From Paragordius varius (Eukaryota > Animalia > Nematomorpha), in contig OZ176059.1 of NCBI GenBank assembly GCA_964247055.1, positions 1 to 64,000 of the forward strand: a stretch of DNA of 64,000 nucleotides, read 5' to 3'. The notes beneath the pieces were generated by a model. That model was not told the DNA's origin, made no database searches, and saw only the letters and a program-made list of their open reading frames with translations. A program made the position numbers and the translations under genes. This document shows positions 14,157 to 27,212 of the stretch, in pieces; positions within the stretch are counted from its first letter, which is position 1; each line of letters starts with the position of its first letter.

Positions 14157-16574
14157 TTAAAAAGTATTGCTATCTAAAAAAAATATTAGTTTTAGATGTT
14201 TGCGTTAATCTTATAATTTTGATTTCTGTGTCTAGATTATTAATAATTTATAAAAACTTACTCGTAACTATATTTTCCGCTTCATACACCACATTCTCTG
14301 CCCCTAAATATATATATGAAGTTTAGAATGAAATAAATTGATTTGTGTATTCAGTTGCTTTACCAGTTTCTATATTGTATAGAGCTAAATATATAAGAAA
14401 TTATATAATATCTAATAATAGTATTTAAAAAATATTTATAAAAATTACAACCTGCTTTTAAATGATACATTCCTATCATTATACACATTTAAATAATGAT
14501 ATATTCCTTCAAATGATAAATTTTAATATACTATGGTGATAGTTATACCGTATCGATCCACGATTTCTCGGGCTATATTATTTTAAAAATTGTTAAATAT
14601 TATTGCGTCTTATATTAATTTTGATATAAATTTTACCATTTTCAATTTCTTCTAGTGTGTGTTCTGGTCTATCAGCTAAATAATACAATATAACTATGGT
14701 TTTTACAGTAAAAATTGAAATTATACTGACAAAACGTATAAAGGCAAGTATCTTTTTCTAAAAGACAATTATACTTTTTTAATCATGATTTATTTCAATA
14801 AAACTCATTTAAATGGAGTGTGAAATAGAGATATATAGAACTAGCACAATCAATTTATATTTTACAATTGTAACTAAATAGCTCCTTAAATTTAATTTAA
14901 AAATATGGTTGTCTTTTAGATAAAATTTTTTTTTATATTTTGACGTTTTGTCCATAAAATAATTTCAAGTTTTTTTGTATTTTCATTTGTACCGCATTTA
15001 TTTTCAAAATTACCAATATCGTCTGTATCCAATGCATTCTCCGCTGGTGGATCTAATTAAAAAACAATATTATCGATAGATATGCAACAACTAATAATCT
15101 CATAATCTGGAAAATATAAACTAAATTGCCATATATAGAGTAAATGAAATTATACGGACAAAACGCAGATTTATAAAGACAACTATTTTTTCCAAATAAC
15201 CCTTTTCTTTTATTATGATTTAAATACTTATCTTGCTTATAATTTTAAAATTTGTAGCGTTATATATCACATTCAACTATATATTTTGCAAAAATGGTTT
15301 TTTTATCAAAAAAAATAGTTGTTTTTATTTTACGGTTTGTCCGTATATTTCAATTTTATTTAAAATAGTCAATATGTAACTACTGGAAGTTGAAGTTGAT
15401 TGAGAAGGTTGATTGGTTTCATGGTCAGATCTTGAGTTTCTTTCTGGATTTTCTTGTCGTTCTTCAATACTATTTTCTTCAACAGCTGGGTTTTCGTTGT
15501 TTGCGCGATTTTGTGCTACATTTTCACCCAACTCCATATCATTGACGCCTTGGGCGACAGCAATCACTTCTGGTGTTTCCGAAGCTCCGGCTCCGACCAC
15601 GGCTAAAATGAAAAATGACATTAATATTGGCAAACTTACAAAAAGTTAAATTTTTTACATTTAATGCATATTAATATATCAACATTAAAAACTAATTTAT
15701 AGGTACCAGGTACATATACCAACTCAGTCCTCAAACTAAATGATAAGCTTTGATATACTCTAAAATACATGAGGGACGGGGACAGTATGGCACTTGAAGA
15801 GAAGAGTTATAAATAAACCATGTCTTACTCCTTTAAATATATTACCCCTTTCGATTATATTAACCTGTTAAAGTTTGAAATCCCTGACACGCTTTTACAC
15901 AATATTATAAACTAACGACAAAAAAAATAGTAAAAGTTTAGGAGTCATAAAAAGTTATAGCCAAATAGTCAACTGTTTATAACCTTTTCAAAGATATTTA
16001 ATGCATTGCGCTGACTCAACCCCTATTTTATTCTGTTAGAAAAAGTTTATACAAAAAACTATATGATACAATATGTGTCTCAAACAAAAAGTAAAATTAA
16101 ATAACATACCACCAATCACACCTGTTTTAAATATTTTTATCAATAAATTTTATAAAAATAAAAATATAAAAAATTTACCTGTCGCCGCGGCTATATGTAT
16201 ATACATTGTACCATTTTAACAAATTTTAACTAATCCTACTATTATTTTAGCTGATAACTAATTTTTACCCCCAATTAATGCAGCAGTTTGACCAACTAAG
16301 TTCCCACTCTTTTTTGGACTATTTTGTTTTTTTGGATAAATTAATTTGCTATGATCAACATTTAGTTTCTTTCTTTGTGTTCGTTTTGCGATTTGTGAAG
16401 AAAAGGTATTATGCTGATCCGATATTGGAATGTTCTTTTTTTTATCAACAAAAGTTTGGATGTAAAATGAGTTTTTCGATATTTCTGAGAGAAAGTATTC
16501 CATGGTAACCGCCACTAAAACAAGAACGTAGTTTACAAAATTGATTTCTAGCAATTCTTACAATTGGAATTCAT
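14157..16574 (-). CDS. Micro-exon gene, about 227-aa orphan protein (basic N-terminus, Gly/Ala hydrophobic segment, acidic disordered C-terminus)
   Basis: Exons (minus): 16574-16562, 16514-16269, 16190-16179, 16121-16110, 15602-15384, 15052-15014, 14675-14637, 14572-14549, 14384-14364, 14303-14262, 14173-14157. All introns GT-AG and phase 1; joined length 684 nt, open from ATG to TAA: MNSNLAVTMEYF...TAALIGAAATGVIGAVVGAGASETPEV...NPPAENALDTDDIADRPEHTLEEIENAREIVDRYALYNIETGAENVVYEAENIVTNSNTF. Confidence 0.72.
14706..14980. mobile_element. MITE family M in an intron of the micro-exon gene
   Basis: TA|CAGTAAAAATTGAAATTATACTGACAAAACG left end; degenerate GTTTTGTCCATAA..TTTCAA right end. Confidence 0.7.
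15138..15360. mobile_element. MITE family M in an intron of the micro-exon gene
   Basis: GAAATTATACGGACAAAACG ... CGGTTTGTCCGTATATTTCAATTTT inverted pair. Confidence 0.7.
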
Positions 16575-17252
16575 AAGAATTTACATTTTTAACAACCAAA
16601 TTTTATTCTGTTAGGCCAGATCAGGCGAAATACATTATAATTCAAAATATGTTCCAATAGTAATATGGTGATATAAATAATCTTTTGATTTAAAACCCTT
16701 CCCTATAGTGTAAATAATATAAATTATCTTTTGTAAAAAATATTGGATATGTGCTTCTTTCAAGATTTTTGATAAGAAATGTTGAAAGTTGAAGCAACAT
16801 ACAGAATTATATGGGTATAATAGCCTTAGAAATGATATCTTTTTCCATTACTTGACATTAATTTTCTTAACTAGGGGCTGATTTATATGCTAATGCACTA
16901 AATTTAATAATTATTTGACATATTTGATAAATTTTAAACATGAATTGCGCTGATTATATATATAAATGATTATATATTTAATAATATTACCCGGCGATGT
17001 TTTGTTATTCTGTTAATTATTAGTAATATATTAAACAATATTCTAAGAAAATGATTGTCGGGATCAAATGTAATAGTTTATATAATAATAAGGCTTAATT
17101 TATTCAATAGGGTACCTCCACGTCCTCTCTTGAGGTATGAATCATAAGGACAAAGAAATTTATGTAATTGGGAAATCCCGAGATAAATGACGAAAAAATC
17201 AAATTTTTAATAAACATTTCCTCATTAAATATAATTGTAATACAATAAATAT

Positions 17253-17840
17253 ACCATTTGCACTTAAAGAGTGTCCTTGAACACTTCAAGTTGGTCCTTA
17301 AAATTTTTAAAATTTGAGTTATCCGTAATTGCATGCATTTTTTTATTTATAATTTTTATACTTTTCTTTATTTATTATAAAATTATTCATTTAAAAATAA
17401 AAATTTTTTATACAAAAACCATTTTATTTCTAACAATTTTTTTTCAATTTAACAAAATTATTAACTGTTAAATGGTTTTCAATGAATTGTAAATAACGAC
17501 CCAGAAAACTTATATATTTTTTAATTAGGTTAAAATCTTATAAATATCCATACAAATTTTAGGAAATTAAAAAAAGATATCCGGTTTCTCAATGATTAAA
17601 GGTTGATATTGATTTAAACTTTATGTTAAAATTTTGAAAATAGGTCAAAAATGATAAAATAGATCAATGATTTTCGATTTGATTAATAAAAGTTTAAAAC
17701 AAAACAAAAAAGTTAAAGGATTAAATTGAAATGTTCAAGGACCAACATGAAATGTTCAAGGACCAACTTGAAGTGTTCAACCAACTTGAATTGTTGAATC
17801 AACTTGAAGTGTTTAAGGATTCTCTTGAAGTTCAAATGAT
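17253..17840. mobile_element. Foldback element family A (21-bp GAACAATTCAAGTTGGTCCTT units)
   Basis: AT|ACCATTTGCACTTAAAGAGTGTCCTTGAAC left, TCTTGAAGTTCAAATGAT|AT right; the internal ~400 bp is shared with the copies at 27.2, 52.6 and 60 kb. Confidence 0.8.
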
Positions 17841-19269
17841 ATGTAAATTATTAGTTAACCCTTATCTCTCCAACATAAACTATTTATTAATTAGGGTATA
17901 TATTATGTATATTATTTTTGCAGCTTAAGTGATGAGTTGTAATATAATCAACATATTTAAATTGTTTAAAAATACTTTAATTCTTTATCTGTATAACTTC
18001 ATTTTCAACTATTCACCGTCGACCGAATAAGGAGTTATATAGATTAATTACAATTTAATGATATTATTTTAAAAAAATCATATTTAATCCTTAATTTTTG
18101 TGATATCCTATCGTTGTGTGTCGCAAAATAAGGAATATATTTGTTTAATGTCATAAGAAATGATTATATTTTAATATCATATGTGTAAAAATTTTTATGG
18201 AAAAGTTATGTATTAATAAATTATAGCCATCTTCCGAGAAAAAGATTCGTTCCTTAGCTTTATTTTTTACTGACTTAGGTTTAAAACGTAGTCACCGATC
18301 TTACAATATATTTATTGCGTATTTTCGAAAATGGCTAAAAATATAGCCTTCCACTCAAAAAAAATATTGATGCCTTTCTAAGTTAGATAGATATTAACCC
18401 TATGCATATTTCGTTAAAAGCATAAATTGAATCAAACGGCTTAAAGGTTTTTCTATATTGGTCAGTCACTCATAGAATAAAAAATTATGAGTAATATTAA
18501 AGGCTCCTAATAAATTCAAAGTTTAATCAAACTGTTCATCCCATCCGAATTTGACAAATCCTATTTATAATTTTTAGTAAATTATTATGTTAAATAAAAT
18601 ATGTTTTTAATAACATCATATAAAATTAGCTTTATCAGAGCTATATTAAGTATATTAAAAAATGTGAATGTTTAATAAAATTCTGGATAAATTCATACGA
18701 TAAAAGCGAAAATAAATAATATCTAATTTCAAACATTATTATTATCATCTTTTTGATTTATAAAAGCATGATTCGGGATAGGAAATTCTCTTGTTTATAT
18801 ATATACTCAAGAAATCTCTTTTAGGCTGGTAAAGAAATATGCTACTTTTTTTAGAAGATATTATTATTATTATTATTTGTTTTCTATTATATACTGTGTT
18901 CAATTGGTCGCTCCTAAATTTGGCACCGCACAAAATTATAAGACTAAAGGTGAAAACTAAAGATAAACATTTTTGAAATAAACAGCTATACTTTTTACAC
19001 TGTTTTTAATAGAAGTTTTGACGTTGAATAGGGAATAAAGATATTATAACACACTATATTAATTTTTCACAATAGTAATCATTTATGTTATTGTAAAATA
19101 TTTCTTTTGGCCTCTTTACTGTATTTTATGCGCATGAATGGGTCTAAATTTTGCATTTTTATTAAATATCTTTAACATATATGGGTAAATGGTCAACATA
19201 AGTTAAAAACACATACCGGATTTTCTGTGTGTTTTTATAAAAGATAATATATTTCCTTTATATAATTAC

Positions 19270-19706
19270 ACTAAATCTGAAATTATACGGTTAAAATGGA
19301 AAGAGAATAGTATTTTTAAAGACAACCATACTTTGTAAATCCTAATTTTTTAAATATAAAAATGTACAGTTTAGAGTCTCCTTTTTTTATTTGGATTAAA
19401 GGGTAAGGATTTAAATTGTATCCCGACATATGAAGGCTTTACACTCGCCTGCCCAGGCCTGACAGTAAAGTGATTATGAAAAAATTGCGCAGTTTCGTGG
19501 TTCGAACTCAAATAGTGTGAGAGTCCTGCGCCGTACCTACTATACCAACTACAAAGTATAATATAGAATTGTAAATTGGTAACACATTCAATTATGTATT
19601 TTACGATTGTAAAGATTTTTATAGAATAATTTAAGATATAAAAAAGTGTGGTTCTCTTCAACTTCATATTTTTCGTTTTGTCCGTTTAATTTCTATTATC
19701 ACTGTA
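19270..19706. mobile_element. MITE family M interrupted by a SINE
   Basis: Left TTACACTAAATCTGAAATTATACGG, right GTTTTGTCCGTTTAATTTCTATTATCACTG|TA; SINE inserted inside. Confidence 0.6.
19365..19551 (-). mobile_element. tRNA-derived SINE, copy 2
   Basis: Same A/B boxes (TGGTATAGTAGG, GTTCGAACC), body (GGCCTGGGCAGGCGAGTGTAAAGCCTTC) and tail (GACTCTAAACTGTA) as copy 1. Confidence 0.8.
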
Positions 19707-19869
19707 ATTTAACTGTCTATTAATGTTTACCTATCAATACATTGTAATCATCGGGCGTTTCCAATAAATTATATCTTTTGGAAAGAACATTCCAAATAAC
19801 TAAATCAAAAAATATATCTTTATATTTATTCAACCTTCTGTCTTATTCTCTTCTGCTGATAGGCCTATA

Positions 19870-20900
19870 TAGTATTTTGTAATTAAAGTTTTTATATATA
19901 AAGTTATAAACTATAATATAAACATGGCCAGTTAACTCCGCCGAATTGTAAAATATCATGTATCTTAATCGATTGTATTGTTTTGCATGTTATTCAATTT
20001 ATATTTTATTATTCTGATTACATTGCTACCTTTTAATTAAGATTAGGGTATTTTAATTTTTTGTAACAAAAATTTTATATCGATTGACTTCTAAAGTTTC
20101 TGAATTTAAATGTTAGATTCATGGTTGTAAAAATACTAAAAGATTTTGCTTCATAAATATCCGTTATAAAGCCGTTTTTAAACACGGTTTGCAAATCGCA
20201 TGTGTTAGGGAATATGATCAGTGCTACTTCGTAAACATATATAATTTTTATCAAGGTTCACTGAAAATGATTTGTAGTTTATAATTCTTTTATTTCTCAT
20301 ATTCTAAAAAAATATACTTGGAAAAGCTGATGTCTCAGTGTATTAATTGCAGATTCTGCATATATATTTATTTAAATTAATCTATTTCTCCTTAGTTAGC
20401 AATGCTTATAGCTAACCTTTGACCGGTTCCATTACGATAACGAACCTCTCATACGCCATTTTTAGTAAAAAAATTGGCTACGATGTGCTCAAATAACATT
20501 AAGCAAAATTCATTATAATTTTCCAAGATTATTGAGAACTGCATTTAGATTTAGATGTCATTTTTTTAAAAATAAATTGTCCAAAACTTATTGTCTATTA
20601 TAATTCTCATGAGTATTTTATAAAAATTATTTATTGATTGTTTTTATTAATATATATTAAATATTTAATATTAGTTTATATTTTAATTTATTTTTACGTT
20701 TGACAAGGATTACTTGTAGTAATCGAAAATTCATATAATAAACTCATATAATTTTAGCTAATTGCAACATAATATATACATATTGTTTAATCAATATTGA
20801 TAAGTTGATATAATTATTCCTATACAATAAACTATTAGGGCGGAATCTAAATAAAATGCAGCTTGTCCTTGATTAATATAAAAATTTAAGCTATAGAAAC
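19870..20900 (-). pseudogene. Decayed rhodopsin-class GPCR
   Basis: TM3-like YNEFCLMLFEHIVANFLLKMAYERFVIVMEP (ERF at the DRY position, followed by P); TM7/helix8-like FYNSAELTGHVYIIVYNFIYKNF; intervening frames contain stops. Confidence 0.45.
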
Positions 20901-20903
20901 ATA

Positions 20904-21190
20904 CAGTAAAAATTAAATGAAACTGTAAAAATATAAAGACAAAATGTTTTTCAAAAGACAACCCATATTTTTTAAAACCCTCCTTATAAAGACATTTAAT
21001 AACAATCGTATATGAATTGTATATTACCAATATACATTTCTATTCTATAAATTGGTTAAAACAATGTATTATATATTTGTCTGTATAGGAAAAAATATTA
21101 TATATCTATATTTTTATCTTTGTTATTTTTAATATCATGAAATTAATTTGTCTTGTATATAAATTTTGTCCCTATAACTTTATTTTTAAT
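20904..21190. mobile_element. MITE family M (degenerate)
   Basis: TA|CAGTAAAAATT...AAAAATATAAAGACAA left; TTTTGTCCCTATAACTTT right. Confidence 0.55.
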
Positions 21191-22533
21191 GTTAAATCAA
21201 TTTTAACCTCCAATAATTTGGCACACAATAATTATGAATAATAATTTTGATAACATATACATGATTAAAAAATAATTTATATGTAATTATGCAGATAGTT
21301 ATATGATATTTAAAAATTCTATTAATAGGATGCTTAGTACAAAGTTCATATAAAAATTCTATTTACGTTCGCAAACCAAATTATACATAATATATTAAAA
21401 ATTTATTAAATAATAAATTACCGGTTCAATGCCAAAATTATTAACTGTATATGGCTTAACATTATCAGATTATCTTAATGAATCCTTGTTTGGGTCACCG
21501 TCCGCCCGAGTCTACTTTAACTATAATTACAGGGCAAGCTTTATACAGTTGGAAATAAGCCTTCCTTTGAAGAAAAACCCAAAAAAATACAGGTATGCCA
21601 GAAAATAATAACATAATCTTTTAAGTGAATATTGGAAAAGAACAATATTTAGAAATAACTGATGATATTTTTAAAAAAACAGCCAAACTTTTATATAAAT
21701 TTTTTATATCATTGTTGTAGATTTTAAAAGACGCAAATTCACACACTCAATTATACAATAAAAATTGAAATCATACGAAAACGTAGAAACTAAAGGAGAA
21801 ATTAAATGTACATAATTTGGAGATTATTTTCTTAGCCTAGCATCGCAATAAGAAATTGCAGTACTTCCTATAAATATAAACAGTACTTACCATGTATGAT
21901 AGTATAAGACGCGTTGTTGTGAAATCTGTCACATATTATAAACACAGGTAAACATTGTCAATTAGAATTATATATAGATATATTGAGTATTCCCAATATA
22001 GTTGGTTAAGCGAAAATAGAGAACAAATCCCAGAGGGGCCGATCGAGATAAAATTATCATATCTCCTTTATATCCATTAGCCAAGATGGGAACACCATCT
22101 TTATATTAAATATGATGCACAATTTGGAGATTCTCTCATACCTAGCAATGAATAGTGATAGTACCTTCTATCACGAAATTGGTGGCTTTATGAGACGCAC
22201 ATTATGTGTGACTGATGAGTGTACAACAAGGAGAAAACGCGTCTCAAACTATGACACGTTGGAAACACTCACCTACTAAAAATTATCTTTTCAAGTACTA
22301 TCACTACTAATTGCGATGGTAAAAGAGAATTTGCAAATTTTACTTCATATTTGTTATTAAGATGGCGTTTTCTCCTGAAAATTGATTCATTAAAGGGGAC
22401 GTGTTTTTGTTTAAAAGACAACCACCCTGCTTTCTAAAAGCGTTTTTCCCACACATAGTGCATAATAATAATTTTTATAATACATAGGCGTACTGATTTT
22501 CATCCTGTCCCGTTTAAACGTAAGCGATTAATT

Positions 22534-23841
22534 CAGTGGCGGAACTATTTATGTGCCACTCCGCTACCCCCAAATAAATTGTTTGAAGTTATCCGCATCA
22601 CTAAGATTCGTAAAGGAATATATTTACATGCTTAGCATCCTGAGTCTAAAAGTTTTGCTTTCCTTGTATTTTTATTTATGAAGGCTAGTACCCACCCTAA
22701 CCACGGCCATTTCCATAATCTAACGTTCATTTTTAAAGTTTAAAATAAGAAAATAATTTATTAAGAGCATGTATTAATCAGAAAATCATGTGACCAAATT
22801 TTTTGTATCTTTTTTATCCATTGGATCCGCCATCTCCGCTTCAATTGTTAGTAACGATAAATTGCTCATCGTTTTTTGGCCCTCTAGCTTTTAATATAAT
22901 TTTTAATTATTTTTAACTTTGATAATGACCTTAGCTTTGTAGCAACCGTAATTGGTAAAGTCAAAAACAATAATAATGCTGTTTGGCAAAAACTGTTGGG
23001 TACTTAATAATTAAGAGCTCTGCTAATTGTCTGGCATTGTTAATTTGAGCAATCTCATCCTAAGCGAATTAGAAACTGACACTGTTTGAATCGGAAAATA
23101 TTCATTCAAATCGTTTGGATAATTTATTATTTAATTTTTAGCTGAATAAATATTCTACTTCACTCATTTTAGTTAAATCTGATGGAAGCAGAAATGAAAA
23201 CATATCCGATAGAAACGTTCTTTCCTAAAGTTAAAAATAATTAAAGATATTGGAACCACGTTGGCTAAAGATAATTTCCCACATAATCAAGAAAACATTT
23301 CAAAACATGATTTTCTGATTAATACTTGTTTTAATAAATTATTAAGTTATTTTAAACTTTCAAAAATAAACGTTAAGAAGGAATTAGCGTGGTTAGGGTG
23401 GGCGGGTGGCTACTAACCATTATATATATAAATACCAGACGCGCAAAACTAGACTCAAGATGCCTAGTCATGCAAGTATTATCATTTTATATTTCACTAC
23501 GATCCTAAGTGATGCGCCAGGTGAAAAGATAACTGCAAACGCATTTTGTGGATGGAAGAAGGAGGGCTAATTTAAATTTTGTGGGGGTCCATAATTTAAA
23601 GTTCCGCCACTTTTTTACGCTTTTTTTTCTTTCAATCAATAATAATTCTCTTTATTCTTTTGTCCATTTACAATCAGGCAATCATCATTTATATATATTT
23701 AAATTAAAAAAAGGTAATAAATTTGCCCCCCCCCCCCCCCGCAACATAGATGGGCCGCCCAAAGTTATATATAAATAATAAAAAAGGGCCCCTGTTTTGC
23801 CTTAAGCCACCCCCCTTCCCGTACTGCTGCTAGTTCCACGT
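22534..23841 (-). mobile_element. hAT deletion derivative with long subterminal inverted repeats
   Basis: CAGTGGCGGAACT end; diverged inverted arms at about 22570-22790 and 23300-23520; loop encodes LPITVATKLRSLSKLKIIKNYIKS on the minus strand, matching the hAT C-terminal dimerisation motif. Right end degenerate. Confidence 0.6.
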
Positions 23842-25574
23842 AGTTTCGTCATTGGATGAATTTATATATAATTAATTGAAAAATATCGTTTTATTTTTAA
23901 AAAATTGCATTAGATATAAATTTTTAATGTAATGTGTTATATAATTGTAATTATATAGTTTTGGGGTAAAATATCAGGGAAAAAATATAGTTATCTATTT
24001 AAAAAATGTTTGTCCATATTATTGTAATTTCGATTTTTCTGTATATTAATACTGTTAATGTAACGGTATAGTACCTATGAATATCAGCTTTTATTTCAAA
24101 TACTTAATATGACGATTTAATTGGAAATTTAGGCTTAATGTTGACTCACGAAGATATGTTTAATAATGATTGGTGAAACGATTTATATATCAAAATCTAA
24201 TAAAAGTGTAAAAAATCGGAAATAAAAATATAACTTTATTTCACCATTTTTTTGCTAATTAATGCCAATTGGGAAGACTTATCACAAAAATACTAAGATC
24301 TTATGAGCATATTTTTTTACCATTATTTGTGTTTATTGGGCACATTTCAAAGGGACGCGCTACAGCGCGCAGGCTGATTAGACCTTCTACTCTTAAAGTA
24401 TGAGTGATACATGTAACAAACACATACTCTTATAAGCCTTTCTTAATTATACCCATTAAAATTTTTAATATATATGTAAATATTTTTTTTATATTAGGAT
24501 TGATTATATTTTAATCTTAAAATTAAATGTTTATCAATAATTTGGATAAGCTTTGTTCAAAACAGGTTGTCTACATATATATTATATAATTAGTATAACA
24601 GGATTAAAACAAAAATGCAATAAAGCGGGGTTATTTTGTTAATAGTAAACATGCCAGGATCTAAACCTGGTTAGAAAATAAAGAGTTTTACTTTATGTCT
24701 TAAGAGTATACGAGTTTTCGCAGAGACAAATATAATTGACAGAATTTATAATAACAATTAAATACCAATGCCAAATTATTTCATTAATACTTATCGTTTG
24801 TAAAATGTGTTGCTTTTAAAATCTTGATTTTTGTCATAAATCTTTATATTACAAGATTTAAATTAAAAACATTTTTCATAAATATATTAAAAGGTTAGGA
24901 CGCAATAACATAACACATATCACACATAAATAAATCTATAATATTTTATAAAGCCATTAAACAGATGGCTGGTATTTAATGTATTTTCTTTATAATCTTA
25001 TAGAATTGCCATCCTTTGAATAGACAAAGTCATATATATAATGTTAAAATCATTTAAAAATTTTAAATTAAACATTTTAATCATATATACGGAACGGTTT
25101 AAATATGCACCTTATTATAAATGTGGCATAAACTAATTAGCTCATGCTGATTATCATGCACTTTTATAATTTTTGTAAAATAATTTACTCTTAAAATATT
25201 ACAAAGTAAAATAAAGTAATATTCAAATTATATAAATTGTAAAATCAATATATAAAATTCACATGTACTGCTAACACAATATTTAAGTTGAAAATATTGG
25301 TTTAAAATATTTCTCCTTAAAGTTTTTACGTTTTGTGTGATAATTTCAATTTTTACTGTAATTAACTTAATGCGCAATTTATAAATATAAACAATATCAT
25401 CAAATTAATTGTTTTTGCCTTAAAATATATAGTTTCTGGTGTATATTTACGAATATAAGTTGATTGAATTTATAAATTATATAGCACCCCAGAGGCAATA
25501 AGCCATATTCTCATTTAAGGTATTTAGTCGTTTTTCTTCTATTACCTGGGGTTATCGAAAGTTGTTATATATTA

Positions 25575-25667
25575 TTTTTCAGTCAAGAGCAACACTTCAA
25601 GCAAACGCAACATTTTTTCAAGCAAAAAATGTTGCATTTGGAAATAATGTTGGTTTTGACTGAAAAA
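25575..25667. mobile_element. Collapsed foldback, family B units head-to-head
   Basis: TTTTTCAGTCAA ... TTGACTGAAAAA outer palindrome enclosing TTCAAGCAAACGCAACATTTTTTCAAGC and its inverted copy, with no spacer. Confidence 0.6.
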
Positions 25668-25669
25668 CT

Positions 25670-26120
25670 TCAACCTTATTCGGTGCTTTTCTGCTTTAAT
25701 ATCTACTGATATTACCAAATAATGATTTATTATTGTGGCTTTTATTAAATCCGCTGCATTATAAAATCAAAAGATCTGAAGGGCCGCTTTCGTAAAATAT
25801 ATGGGAATTGGCAAATATATTATTAATTTCATAACTACTGAAAAAGGTACTATAACAATTTTTGCTTATTTATTGCCAAAATTCGGTAAGATTTAGTAAT
25901 TTGTTATAAATCAATTTTAACTTAAATATTGTTAAAATTTTAATTTATAAAATCTAATAATTACATTAAATAGAAAATAAAATACCAGGCCAAAACTTGA
26001 AAAAAAAAGTTATTTTGACACCATACTTTTTTATACCTTTTTATTAAGTAATTGATTATAATCGTATAATATCCGATCGAAAGTGGTAGAAAAATTACAT
26101 ATCTAACTTTATTATCGTCC
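25670..26120 (-). pseudogene. Decayed GPCR fragment (TM5-TM7-like)
   Basis: RYVIFLPLSIGLYDYNQLL (TM5-like), VVMKLIIYLPIPIYF (TM6-like), FYNAADL similar to FYNSAEL in the 19.9 kb remnant. Confidence 0.35.
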
Positions 26121-26444
26121 TCGTAACAGTAGGTTTTATCAATAAGGATATATATATATATATAAATATATGAAATATTATTTATTAGTGCTCAATTTTA
26201 CTGCGTAATTAAAGGATAAATTGCACCTTCGAAATATATTATTGGTATAAATATTGTGATACGGTTTTAATTCCTTAAGATGAAATAAATTTACGTTAAA
26301 AATATGAAATTTTGAAAAAGAAAAATAATTTCATTATACAGGCAAAATAACACTAAACAAATATTTTTTAGGTGATATATAAATATTTAAACTCATAAAT
26401 TTTCTATAGATATAGAAAATAAAGAAAAACTGTATAATAATTAC

Positions 26445-26665
26445 ACTAAAAATTTCGATCATGCGGACAAAATAGGAATAAAACAAAAAAATATTTTTAA
26501 AAACAAACATTCTTAATACCTTATCATAATTATTATCTTAAAATAAATACAAATTTGATTTCGTTACATCATTGTTTCCACTTGAAACAATAATTAAATA
26601 TAAAAATTTATAAAAAGTTTGTATTTTAAAAAATTTGTCTTTATATCCTTATGAATTTCAATTTT
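26445..26665. mobile_element. MITE family M (degenerate)
   Basis: TTACACTAAAAATTTCG..GCGGACAAAA left; TTTGTCTTTAT..TTTCAATTTTATTGTG right. Confidence 0.5.
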
Positions 26666-27212
26666 ATTGTGCTATTTTATCAGCAAAATCTTAAGCATAA
26701 AAAAATATGGTTATTTTACTAAACTCTATCAATTAAATTTCCCATTACATACTTAACCTCAGGCTGTCAAGATGATTCTGTACATTATTGGAAATATAAA
26801 TAGATGGCTTATTTAAAATATATGATATACAATATAAAGAGCCTATTATTATCTACACATTGCATTTATTGTTAAGAACAAAAATAATTAATAATATTTG
26901 CAGAATATAAAACTTTTTTGAGTACCTTTTATAGATAGATATCTGTTCGTCAGAAATTAATTTTTGCCTTAAAAAAACTTTATCAAAAAAATTATATTAT
27001 TTTATTAGTATCTGTTTTTATTGTAATAAATTATCACAATAAGCCTAATTAATTTTGGGTTCATTATCTTCATTAGCCATTTAAATTGAAATAAGGCTTA
27101 ATATGTTTTCAAATAAACATTATCGTTTAATTAATTTAACCCCGATAATTATCTACAAGTCTTTAAGTGCATTATATAGCCGTATATGAAAAATATCCTT
27201 ATGAAATAATAT

